A DNA stretch of 34,929 nt from a virus (lineage: Duplodnaviria > Caudoviricetes), in the IMG/VR virus record IMGVR_UViG_3300030090_005317, positions 1-34,929 of that record; one strand, written 5' to 3'. The notes beneath the pieces were generated by a model that saw only the letters and a list, made by a program, of their open reading frames with translations, was not told the origin of the DNA and made no database searches. Position numbers and translations under genes: made by a program. Position 1 is the first letter of the stretch. The number at the start of each line of letters is the position of its first letter. Below, one piece after another: positions 8,240-16,498 of this stretch.

Positions 8240-8419
8240 ATGAACATCAGAATTGGTGACTATGTCACCGATGGCGAAGTGTCTGGAAGGGTGGTCGCCG
8301 GACCAGCAAGTGGCGAGTTTGAGATTCGCCTCGACGTGGCTACACCCAACAGAGGCTGGGTGTGGCGGCACTGGAAGTCGCTGAAGAAATTGAAAGGAGG
8401 CCCCACCAATGCCTTATAG
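8240..8419 (+). CDS. Small hypothetical protein, 59 aa (MNIRIGDYVTDGEVSGRVV...)
   Basis: Manual translation; AGGAG SD; fills the gap in the operon. Confidence 0.6.
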   Translation: MNIRIGDYVTDGEVSGRVVAGPASGEFEIRLDVATPNRGWVWRHWKSLKKLKGGPTNAL

Positions 8420-8606
8420 GATAACAAGGCCGGGGGAGGGCATCTCGCTTAATACGGGACAGCCCGAGTATGTGCTGGATTCCAAGGGGAAGGTAATGGA
8501 ATTCCCTACAGAATTTCACGCGATAGATTTTCTCAAGAGTCATGGCGTCGACGACCCAAAAGACGAACTGATAGACATCGTCTACGAAAACGAGGAAACA
8601 CAATGA
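8409..8606 (+). CDS. Hypothetical protein
   Basis: 65 aa, AGGAGG SD. Confidence 0.65.
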   Translation: MPYRITRPGEGISLNTGQPEYVLDSKGKVMEFPTEFHAIDFLKSHGVDDPKDELIDIVYENEETQ

Positions 8607-8953
8607 CTGACTCGATTTACATCGGAGAATGCCCGATAGACGAGGATTGCGCCCAACTAGGGAGCGAGGACTACCACTCCAGAGCGATGGCAGAGCTTCG
8701 GGCATACATCAACCAGCTGAAACGTCTGTTCCCGAAAGGGGACTTTCGAATCAAGTCCCACGAACACGACTTCGGCACATACTACGCAGTAGAGGGCTAC
8801 TATGACGAAGACATAGACGACGGCCGAAGGGAAGCGGCATTCGCCGCCGAAGCCGAAGGCCCAACGAGATGGGACGCCAAAGCAGTTGAGGAACTTAAGC
8901 GACAGTCATTGTACTGGAACTTTGTTCACCGTAGACGTCTTGGCCGTGTTTGA
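8603..8953 (+). CDS. Hypothetical phage protein
   Basis: 116 aa; GAGG SD; ATGA overlap; EDCAQLG...HDFGTYY motif. Confidence 0.7.
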   Translation: MTDSIYIGECPIDEDCAQLGSEDYHSRAMAELRAYINQLKRLFPKGDFRIKSHEHDFGTYYAVEGYYDEDIDDGRREAAFAAEAEGPTRWDAKAVEELKRQSLYWNFVHRRRLGRV

Positions 8954-9125
8954 GGCTGATTTTGTATTTGGGCAACAGAAGGGGTACACACTGTACCGAA
9001 AAAACGGAAGGCTATACATATCAAGGGGGGGTGAGGTTATACACGGACCAGAAGAAAACAGCAACTCGTCAATTTCACACATGTTCCAGACATGGAGGGC
9101 TCTGGTAGACGGACAGGAGAAATGA
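8946..9125 (+). CDS. Hypothetical protein
   Basis: Probable GTG start overlapping the upstream stop; part of ORF 8886..9125. Confidence 0.45.
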   Translation: MFEADFVFGQQKGYTLYRKNGRLYISRGGEVIHGPEENSNSSISHMFQTWRALVDGQEK

Positions 9126-9223
9126 CTCTTAAAGAAGAACAGCGAGAGTTCGGAAGAACAATACGAAAACGGAAGTCAATCCTTGATGTACAGTGTACCA
9201 ACCAACGAACCGGAGAGACACAA

Positions 9224-10639
9224 ATGGCAACCGACAAAAGCAATGCAATCGTAAGGCAACTCGCCACAGTCCTAGAGGACGAGGCTCGGTCGGGTATGAA
9301 CTACACCTTCGATGGCGACCAGTTCATATTCCCCGGCCACGTATCATCCCTTAAGGAGGCTGGTGACATCTGCTACGATATGCACCATGAACTGGAGGAA
9401 GAGGTGAGTAACCGTCACCAGTTCACGGGCCACCCGAACGAACTGCTGTACGCCTTTTACAAGGCTTGCAACGACACGTTCGGTAAGATGACGGGGAAGA
9501 GCACATCGTCGTTCTTCGGGTCCCAGCCAGCCGAATCTCGAAACATCGACATTGCGTTCGGTGAACGCATTACCGTGCCCTACGGTAACGTCGAAGTTCC
9601 GGGACTTCCCATCGAAATGCACGTAGAGGTATACGAGCACACCAACCGATGGGAATCGATACTCACATTCTCAACCACATGCAGAAGGAAGTTCGAATCA
9701 CTGGTAAAGCGTATCATCGCAGAAGTCGAGCGTATCATGAACACAGAATCCATCTTCAAGGGTAAGGCTATAGACAGCGAGTTTTCCTTCCTCGATGTCA
9801 ACGGCTTTGACCTCGACTCTGTGATCTATGGCGTCGAGGAATACGCCCAACTCCGCGCCAACGTCTTCAGGTTCATCGAAGACACAGACTACATCAAGAA
9901 CGATCTGGGGATGGGCCTTAACCGCAAGATCCTCCTGTACGGATCGTACGGGACGGGAAAGTCGCTGACGGCCAGACGCATCGCACACATGTGCTCTGTA
10001 AACGGGTGGACGTACATGCAGGCGGCGGACGATGATTTCCATACGGTTCTCAACTTCGCACAGCAGAAAAAGCTGTGGCCGATGGTCATCTTTAAGGAGG
10101 ATGTCGACACCGACACCGGATCGGACCGCGATGTGAAGATGAACCGCATCCTCAACCAGCTGGACGGTGCGCTGACCAAAGATGCACAGGTGATCACTGT
10201 CCTGACCACCAACCACATCGAAGAGATCCAAGCCGCGATGAACAGGCCGGGACGTACGGATGCCCAGCTTGAGATCGGTCACGTCGATGAGGACGTGTTG
10301 GAGCGCATCGTTCGCTACCATTGTCGCAAGGTGGAGATTGACGACTCCATCGATTTCGGCTCCCTACTGAAAGCGGCAGAGAGCTACACCCCTGCTTTCG
10401 TGGTCGAGGGATGCAAGAGGGCAATGCTGTATACAGAGAAAGGAGAAAGCATCGATGAGGAGGCGTTGCGGCGTGCTCTGGAGTCCCTGAGGGCACAGTT
10501 TGACAGGATGATGGTTGAGCCTGAGCCGGACACAGACTCTATCACTAAGTCGATCGAGGCAATCACCAGAAAGGACCGAGAAACTCTTCACGATGACATA
10601 TCGTCGCTGGCAGACATGGTTGAAGACTTGAAGTATTAG
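9224..10639 (+). CDS. AAA+ ATPase
   Basis: Walker A ILLYGSYGTGKS, Walker B VIFKEDVD, sensor TTN, second region of homology AMNRPGRTD; ATG 9224 after GGAG. Confidence 0.9.
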   Translation: MATDKSNAIVRQLATVLEDEARSGMNYTFDGDQFIFPGHVSSLKEAGDICYDMHHELEEEVSNRHQFTGHPNELLYAFYKACNDTFGKMTGKSTSSFFGSQPAESRNIDIAFGERITVPYGNVEVPGLPIEMHVEVYEHTNRWESILTFSTTCRRKFESLVKRIIAEVERIMNTESIFKGKAIDSEFSFLDVNGFDLDSVIYGVEEYAQLRANVFRFIEDTDYIKNDLGMGLNRKILLYGSYGTGKSLTARRIAHMCSVNGWTYMQAADDDFHTVLNFAQQKKLWPMVIFKEDVDTDTGSDRDVKMNRILNQLDGALTKDAQVITVLTTNHIEEIQAAMNRPGRTDAQLEIGHVDEDVLERIVRYHCRKVEIDDSIDFGSLLKAAESYTPAFVVEGCKRAMLYTEKGESIDEEALRRALESLRAQFDRMMVEPEPDTDSITKSIEAITRKDRETLHDDISSLADMVEDLKY

Positions 10640-10692
10640 TACAGTGTACGGGCCATCCCATGCCACTCAAACCAAATAAGGAGGCTATGTCT

Positions 10693-11004
10693 ATGACAGA
10701 CCACTCGGAGAACATGGTACAATACAGCAACTCCGTACTCGAACAGTGCGTGGATTTCCTAGACAAAAAACTATCTAGTGAGTTCCCGCTCTCTGACCGA
10801 AAGAAACGAATCATCTGCTCCATAATATCTCTCTGCAACATGTCGTATGATCTTCTTTTTCTCCTCATGTACACCGAAGGTGAGGAACACGATGCAGTCA
10901 ACACAATGTTCTTTGAACAGTGTGTTGCCACCGTCAAAGACGCGAAAACACAAAAGCTTAAACACCTTCGCGAGGAAGATCTCAACGAGAACCATAAACC
11001 CTAG
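10693..11004 (+). CDS. Hypothetical protein
   Basis: TAAGGAGG SD; part of ORF 10660..11004. Confidence 0.65.
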   Translation: MTDHSENMVQYSNSVLEQCVDFLDKKLSSEFPLSDRKKRIICSIISLCNMSYDLLFLLMYTEGEEHDAVNTMFFEQCVATVKDAKTQKLKHLREEDLNENHKP

Positions 11005-11033
11005 AGGTAGAAACGACCGGCAAAGGGGGACAA

Positions 11034-11378
11034 ATGAACCACAGCATCGATGACATCATCAAAGAGGGAGACGACCTACTGAAACAGTTTCTCTCAGAAG
11101 GCTCTTCTATTGAAGAGACAGCCATCGGTATGGGGATGGTGACACACGAATTCCTGACAAAACAGGTTCAAAAAAAGTTTCCGGGCGAACCCGAGAACTC
11201 GGTCCGTGTGGCACTGCTGATCGCATACTCTGCGTTGTGCGGTCAACAGCTCTGTGAATGCATGGTTCTGGCCAAGCCAGAGTACAGGGACACGCTGAAG
11301 GACATGTTCCTAAAAGAGATAGATAAAATCCTAATGGTCGTTGACTCTGCTACAGAAGAAGCATCTAAGCACTTATAG
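11034..11378 (+). CDS. Hypothetical protein
   Basis: 114 aa, AAGGGGG SD. Confidence 0.65.
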   Translation: MNHSIDDIIKEGDDLLKQFLSEGSSIEETAIGMGMVTHEFLTKQVQKKFPGEPENSVRVALLIAYSALCGQQLCECMVLAKPEYRDTLKDMFLKEIDKILMVVDSATEEASKHL

Positions 11379-11390
11379 AAAGGACTTTCT

Positions 11391-11642
11391 GTGATTCAAC
11401 TACATATGGACCTCAACCCTGACGGCAAAAAGGTCAGAGAGATAGACACGCACAAAGAGAAGCTCCGCGAGTGGCTGGAAAAAGGAGAAAGTATAAACCC
11501 TCTCTCCGCTCTGTCGATGTGGGGGTGCTTTCGCCTCGCGGCTAGAGTCCACGACCTGAGAAGCGAAGGAATGGAGATCTTGACAACAAAAGGAGATAAC
11601 GGCGAGGCCGTATACAGCCTGAAAGAAAGGGTGATCCGATGA
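11391..11642 (+). CDS. Winged HTH protein (HTH_39-like)
   Basis: SINPLSALSMWGCFRLAARVHDLRSEG motif. Confidence 0.75.
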   Translation: MIQLHMDLNPDGKKVREIDTHKEKLREWLEKGESINPLSALSMWGCFRLAARVHDLRSEGMEILTTKGDNGEAVYSLKERVIR

Positions 11643-11923
11643 AGCTTTTTGTGTTCGACTTGGTGTACTGGCCCAAAAAGAAGATTGCTATCCCCTACGA
11701 CTCAATCGAAGAGATACAGTGGGAGGCGGACAAGGAGTCAGTTTGTTTCGTCAACGGCAACACAGTCAGGGCCAATGGCCCAGCCATAGTAGCCCAGCTA
11801 AGATTGGAGGACGGAAATAGCGAGGATCTCAATGTGGGTCCTGACACTACTAACAACGAGGGAACGCATAGCACCGAACAAGAAGACGGACCGTCAGGAC
11901 GTGATAGCAATTCCGACTATTGA
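11639..11923 (+). CDS. Hypothetical protein
   Basis: ATGA overlap, 94 aa. Confidence 0.6.
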   Translation: MKLFVFDLVYWPKKKIAIPYDSIEEIQWEADKESVCFVNGNTVRANGPAIVAQLRLEDGNSEDLNVGPDTTNNEGTHSTEQEDGPSGRDSNSDY

Positions 11924-12013
11924 TGGCTCCTGTTCGGATGAGGCTACTTGCTTGAGGCGTCAGCAATGCATTCGACAACGGTAACACTCAAACCTGAGAG
12001 ATAGGAGGACCAA

Positions 12014-12271
12014 TTGGCGGTAACGGTGACACTAGATGTGTGCTATGAGGTTGTATTCAATGACGATGACTATGCGGAAGCAGACGATTTGTGGAGTATG
12101 GGGCCTAACGAGGTCCGAGAATACGCAGAGCGTAGTATAAGCGTCACGCCAAACATGGAGATCATTAGCGCAACAATCAAAAACGTAACCGAGGACGCAG
12201 CCGATGAACCAGAAAATTCAGTCCGATTTCCACTCGGACGCACTGACGACGAGGGGGGGGAATCGTTTTGA
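12014..12271 (+). CDS. Acidic hypothetical protein
   Basis: AGGAGG SD with TTG start. Confidence 0.6.
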   Translation: MAVTVTLDVCYEVVFNDDDYAEADDLWSMGPNEVREYAERSISVTPNMEIISATIKNVTEDAADEPENSVRFPLGRTDDEGGESF

Positions 12272-12501
12272 TTATTCGCTCACACGGTGGCAAGCGTAAC
12301 GGTGCCGGTCGGCCCAACCCGTGGGGCGAACCCCTGCGAAAAGTCACAGTGAGAATACCAGAGCGTTTGTATGGTGCACTGGACAGATATGCAGAAGCCC
12401 ACGGTCACGGGCTATCCTATGTAATCGTTACCATTCTCAAGAGGTTCCAACCACTAGTAAAGGCTAGGAAGAAGGAGAAGGAAAATGCTGACAGCCAATG
12501 A
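12268..12501 (+). CDS. Ribbon-helix-helix DNA-binding protein with an N-terminal GGxRxGAGRP motif
   Basis: HGGKRNGAGRP followed by KVTVRIPERLYGALDRYAEAHGHGLSYVIVTIL (CopG/RHH pattern). Confidence 0.7.
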   Translation: MIIRSHGGKRNGAGRPNPWGEPLRKVTVRIPERLYGALDRYAEAHGHGLSYVIVTILKRFQPLVKARKKEKENADSQ

Positions 12502-12907
12502 AATACAAGACGGACTGAAAAAGTTTTGGTGCACAACCCAGTACCACAGACACGGACTGTCCCTGCCCTATACAGACGGTGTGAAGTACCTGATCGATAA
12601 CGCCGAGGCGTACTGGCTTGTCGATGCAATTAGCATCCAGCACAAGTTCAACCACGACGTCTTCGATGACCGAAGGCAGGGCTTCACCTTCTGGAAGTTG
12701 GTGAAGAACGAGGACGACTCCTGTGACTTGACGTGCGGTGATGACGAGATCGGCGGAAAGTTTGTCACCTTCGACACTCCGGGACGGCCCGAGCCGTACA
12801 GTGTACAGCCAGTATGGGAAGAGATAATACCGTGGACCAATTTCCCCTTGGATGAGGTCATCCTGTGGTACGAGAACGGCGTCATCATCCTACCATCGGA
12901 GCATTGA
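12485..12907 (+). CDS. Conserved hypothetical protein (DUF6876-like)
   Basis: YTDGVKYL...AYWLVDAI...IPWTNFPL...ILPSEH pattern. Confidence 0.65.
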   Translation: MLTANEIQDGLKKFWCTTQYHRHGLSLPYTDGVKYLIDNAEAYWLVDAISIQHKFNHDVFDDRRQGFTFWKLVKNEDDSCDLTCGDDEIGGKFVTFDTPGRPEPYSVQPVWEEIIPWTNFPLDEVILWYENGVIILPSEH

Positions 12908-12909
12908 AC

Positions 12910-13392
12910 ATGATCAACAAAACCAAAAGGGCTTCGTCAGAGTACACTGTACGCCCCCTTGACGAGGAAACCTTACGCAGTGAAGCGATGCAACTCATAC
13001 GTGAAGGGATTACGTCAGGAAAGTCAGAAAGGAAAACTGAACCAGCACGATGCTGGTCTCGGGGGTGGGCTATAACAGTAACACCCATTGGAACATACGC
13101 CATATGCAAAGAGGGTGTTGGTCCGTCCAAGACGCTTGAAGAAGCATCTCTGGATGTCGAGTTCTGGTTTCAGGACAGTCCCCAGAAAACAGACACCGGA
13201 GAGAGGCGAACAATGCCAATGTTTCCTGAACTCACACTATCTCTGAACTATGAAGATGCTGTGGAGTATATAGACCTCACCCTAGACCCTGTTCCTCTGC
13301 ATGAGTGGATCAGGGAATTCGGTTCTCGACTTGAACACAACTACCACCATTGGCAGTGGACACTAGAGAGGGCATTTGACAATGACTTTTAA
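12910..13392 (+). CDS. Hypothetical protein
   Basis: ATG 12910 after GGAG; part of ORF 12865..13392. Confidence 0.65.
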   Translation: MINKTKRASSEYTVRPLDEETLRSEAMQLIREGITSGKSERKTEPARCWSRGWAITVTPIGTYAICKEGVGPSKTLEEASLDVEFWFQDSPQKTDTGERRTMPMFPELTLSLNYEDAVEYIDLTLDPVPLHEWIREFGSRLEHNYHHWQWTLERAFDNDF

Positions 13393-13495
13393 TGGTTTAA
13401 TCACAGTGGACTTCGTCGTTTACGTTCGCGACCGTGTCCTCTGAACGGACGATGCATCTTACGCAACCTATCAGGCAAGTTTTTAGGGACACGCA

Positions 13496-13693
13496 ATGAC
13501 ATCTAGACACCCGCCGCTATCAAGACGCGAAAAAAAATCTGTGCGGCAATTAGTCGAGAGATCGGGCGATGGCGTCAGATCGTGCATCCGTCGCGTCAGA
13601 AATCGTCGGCAAATCGACAGAGAGATTTTTATAGAGATCAGCACTGAGGGTAAACGAGTTACGGGCAGCGTCGCCAAATACATTGCCAACTAG
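13496..13693 (+). CDS. Small basic hypothetical protein
   Basis: 65 aa; AGGGA SD; flanked by a 13-bp direct repeat. Confidence 0.4.
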   Translation: MTSRHPPLSRREKKSVRQLVERSGDGVRSCIRRVRNRRQIDREIFIEISTEGKRVTGSVAKYIAN

Positions 13694-13742
13694 AAAGGGA
13701 CACGCAATCGATAGGATATGTGCAACAGACTACTAATAGATA

Positions 13743-13771
13743 TTGACTTATAAGGGAGGAAGGCTTATATT
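13743..13771 (+). promoter_or_regulatory. Sigma70-type promoter, probably driving the operon that contains tasA
   Basis: TTGACT-N17-TATATT(ATA). Confidence 0.8.
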
Positions 13772-14020
13772 ATATAACCCCTTCAAAATCAGTTGTTTAC
13801 GAGAGCAAGCTTAATTGAGCGGCTCAACTGCTATACCATGTAGCTATGGAATATGTATAGGAATATAGATCAATAAATCATTGAATCTCTATTCATCTAT
13901 TTATTGATCTGTATTCCATGTCTACCTCTGCTACCACAGCAGTTTAGCAGTACAGTGTACGAAGATGTCCTTATCCCCATATGACCTCTCCCCAGACACG
14001 GTTCATCACTAGAGGTGAGC

Positions 14021-14230
14021 ATGAAGGTTACAATTTGCTGTGAGTGTAAGAGAAGGCCCAAAGAAATACCGGGGTATATATCTATGGGTGCTGAATCTGG
14101 AATCACACCAGAAGAGTTTGTCAGGAAGAACGAAGGGACACTAAACACAACCACTGGTTTGTTCTGCTGTGACGAGTGTTACATAAAATTAGGAATGCCA
14201 TCGTCCCGAAAGGGATGGAAGGCTGGATAA
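14021..14230 (+). CDS. Small Zn-finger-like protein
   Basis: CCEC...CCDECY; GAGGTG SD. Confidence 0.65.
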   Translation: MKVTICCECKRRPKEIPGYISMGAESGITPEEFVRKNEGTLNTTTGLFCCDECYIKLGMPSSRKGWKAG

Positions 14231-14248
14231 CCAAAAAGGAGAATCACA

Positions 14249-14707
14249 ATGGGACTAGATCAATACATCTATGCATCACGCGAACCCCTCTCGTTGGAGA
14301 AGACGGTGGATGTAGACCGTGACACAGACCACGAAAAGTTTTGGGGAGAGTATAATGTGGGCCATCCCGATGGCGAAGGAAACTGGGTGCCGGGAGTATA
14401 CGAGAAGTGGGAGCAGATTCAGTACTTCCGCAAGCACCACGACTTGCAGGGATGGATGAGCATTATTGCAGAGAAACGTGGTGCTGAGATGCAGTGGGGT
14501 CAGATGGTGGGTAGTGTCGCCCTTACGTTAGAAGACATGAGTAACCTTGAGAAAGATGTGAAAGGCGATGACCTTCCAGAAACAGAAGGGTTCTTCTTCG
14601 GATCGGGGAATACATTTCCCTACAAGGAAGAAACTTTGGAGATGATAGAGAAGGTCCGTGAAGCTCTAAAGGACGGAAAGACCGTCCTCTATAGATGTAG
14701 TTGGTAA
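14249..14707 (+). CDS. Conserved phage hypothetical protein (MGLDxY family)
   Basis: MGLDQY...YFRKHHDLQGWM...LPETEGFFFG...VLYRCSW. Confidence 0.75.
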   Translation: MGLDQYIYASREPLSLEKTVDVDRDTDHEKFWGEYNVGHPDGEGNWVPGVYEKWEQIQYFRKHHDLQGWMSIIAEKRGAEMQWGQMVGSVALTLEDMSNLEKDVKGDDLPETEGFFFGSGNTFPYKEETLEMIEKVREALKDGKTVLYRCSW

Positions 14708-14719
14708 AGGAGAATAGCT

Positions 14720-15010
14720 ATGGCCAATGTCCCTGATGTATCAGCCGCTTACCGTCATCACGGCAAGCAAACTCCAGAGGAATTCCTCGCAACGATACGC
14801 GGTCAGTATATCATCAGTCAGGCTCTGAACAAGGCCATCGATGTGATGGAGGCCGTCGAGCCAGAGGAGATGAGGGAGCTATCTAATATCGCAGACATGA
14901 AGTTCCTTCGTGATGAGTTGTTTAATATGTATGTCTCGTCCGAGGTGCTTGCCAATCTCCATGCCCGCTCCCACCTCATCAAGAAGGAATTAGAAGAGGG
15001 AGAGATCTGA
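14720..15010 (+). CDS. Hypothetical protein
   Basis: 96 aa, AAGGAG SD. Confidence 0.7.
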   Translation: MANVPDVSAAYRHHGKQTPEEFLATIRGQYIISQALNKAIDVMEAVEPEEMRELSNIADMKFLRDELFNMYVSSEVLANLHARSHLIKKELEEGEI

Positions 15011-15050
15011 CCATTCGTACACTGTACACCAATCCAAAAGGAGATACACA

Positions 15051-15236
15051 ATGGAACCAAGAACGCTAAAACAGGCAGTGGCAGTTATGAACCTCATTGA
15101 GAGGTGGGACTCTGTAACCATAAGCAAATCATTACCGTCAAGCGGATTACCCGATGGATACCTATCAGTGACGTTATCCGGTGGAAAAATGGAACTGACG
15201 GGAGGCGTCTCGCCCGAAGGTGACGTGTCCACATAA
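15051..15236 (+). CDS. Hypothetical protein
   Basis: 61 aa, AAGGAG SD. Confidence 0.65.
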   Translation: MEPRTLKQAVAVMNLIERWDSVTISKSLPSSGLPDGYLSVTLSGGKMELTGGVSPEGDVST

Positions 15237-15249
15237 CCGAGAGGACCAC

Positions 15250-16065
15250 ATGGAAACCAATGTTGAAGTAAGGGAGGTTAGGCTTCTGGTCTCATCATAC
15301 TACGAGATCCAGAAGCTCCGCATCCAGAATAATAACAGGATGAAAATGCTGGAGCGCGACTACGAGATAAGCGAAGGACAGGCAGAAGACTATCACGACA
15401 CCGTTATAAAGTCCTTACTGAAGACAGAGAAAGACATTGAGAAACGGGTGCGTAAGTTTGTTCGTGCCCAGCACGTCTACTCTAGGTGGATTGGGCCACA
15501 CGTAAAAGGGGTGGCAGAGCTTCTGGCTGGCGCTATGATGTCGGGGATAGAAGACATCGGCCGATTCGCCACCGTAGCCAAGCTATGGAAGTATTGCGGG
15601 GTTGGAATTAACGATGATGGTTCCATTCAAAAACGTAAGCGGGGAGAGAAGGTTAATTACTCCCCATTCTTGAAAACTGCATGTTGGAAGATCGGAGAGT
15701 CTTTCGTCAAGACAGGTAGTCGTGGGTTTTACGGGTTAATGTATCAGAAATATAAAAACGATGAGCTTCGAAAGCTTACGAAACAAGGGTACACTGTACT
15801 GCCGGCCGATGATGTTAAGAAGAAGATCGAAGAGGAGAATAAGAAAAACCCAGAGGCCACCTATGAATCCCTGAAGCTGTTCAGTCAGGGGCATGTCCAC
15901 AATAGGGCAAAACGTAAAACAGTGAAACTGTTCCTGTCCCACCTGTGGACAGTGTGGCGAGAGATGGAGGATCTGCCCGTAACAAAGCCGTATATCGTAG
16001 CCAACGAACCGGAAAAGCATCACTACTACCCACCTCCGGGGTGGCCCAGTGAGAAAGCGGCGTAA
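15250..16065 (+). CDS. tasA: TasA-like Nop-domain RNA-binding protein (IS110 C-terminal/Nop-related; no RuvC or HNH domain)
   Basis: 271 aa; coiled-coil start YYEIQKLRIQNNNR; HhH-like VKGVAELLAG; DIGRFATVAKLWKYCG; KRKRGEKVNYSPFLKT; YGLMYQKYK; GHVHNRAKRKTVKLFLSHLW; no N-terminal DEDD RuvC; TIGR-type array downstream. Confidence 0.85.
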   Translation: METNVEVREVRLLVSSYYEIQKLRIQNNNRMKMLERDYEISEGQAEDYHDTVIKSLLKTEKDIEKRVRKFVRAQHVYSRWIGPHVKGVAELLAGAMMSGIEDIGRFATVAKLWKYCGVGINDDGSIQKRKRGEKVNYSPFLKTACWKIGESFVKTGSRGFYGLMYQKYKNDELRKLTKQGYTVLPADDVKKKIEEENKKNPEATYESLKLFSQGHVHNRAKRKTVKLFLSHLWTVWREMEDLPVTKPYIVANEPEKHHYYPPPGWPSEKAA

Positions 16066-16113
16066 CTGTAAATTGGTTAAGTCCGCAACAGACTTAAACG
16101 GGAGGTATAGGAC

Positions 16114-16479
16114 ATGCAGCTAACCGCATCGGATACATTGGGAGAATTTACGGACGCTTACATCGAGTGCGCCGTATGGGCGTCTACGGATTGTGACGGG
16201 GAACCGCTCGACATTGGGGAATGGGTACTATCCGATGATGCACGGTCGGAACTGAGAAGCCACGCCGTGAAATTTATACACGCTAACAGCGACTTGCTGG
16301 AGGAACACGGTAACTACACCCAAGCGGGGCACGATTTTTGGCTCACCCGAAACGGACACGGGGCGGGATTTTGGGACCGGGGGCTAGGAGAACTAGGCGA
16401 TAAGCTCACGCAAGCCTCTCAAAAAATGGGAACGTGCGACCTGTACGCAGGTGATGATGGGAAAATCCACGTTGGATAG
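16114..16479 (+). CDS. Conserved phage hypothetical protein between tasA and the array
   Basis: 121 aa; GGAGGT SD; AGHDFWLTRNGHGAGFWDRG motif. Confidence 0.75.
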   Translation: MQLTASDTLGEFTDAYIECAVWASTDCDGEPLDIGEWVLSDDARSELRSHAVKFIHANSDLLEEHGNYTQAGHDFWLTRNGHGAGFWDRGLGELGDKLTQASQKMGTCDLYAGDDGKIHVG

Positions 16480-16498
16480 GGATTGACACATCCCGCAG

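Noticed and set aside
15250-16065. IS110 transposase / insertion sequence
   Set aside because: No N-terminal DEDD RuvC domain, no clear catalytic Ser loop (GLxPxxxxSG) and no element ends; the gene sits in an operon with a TIGR-type array
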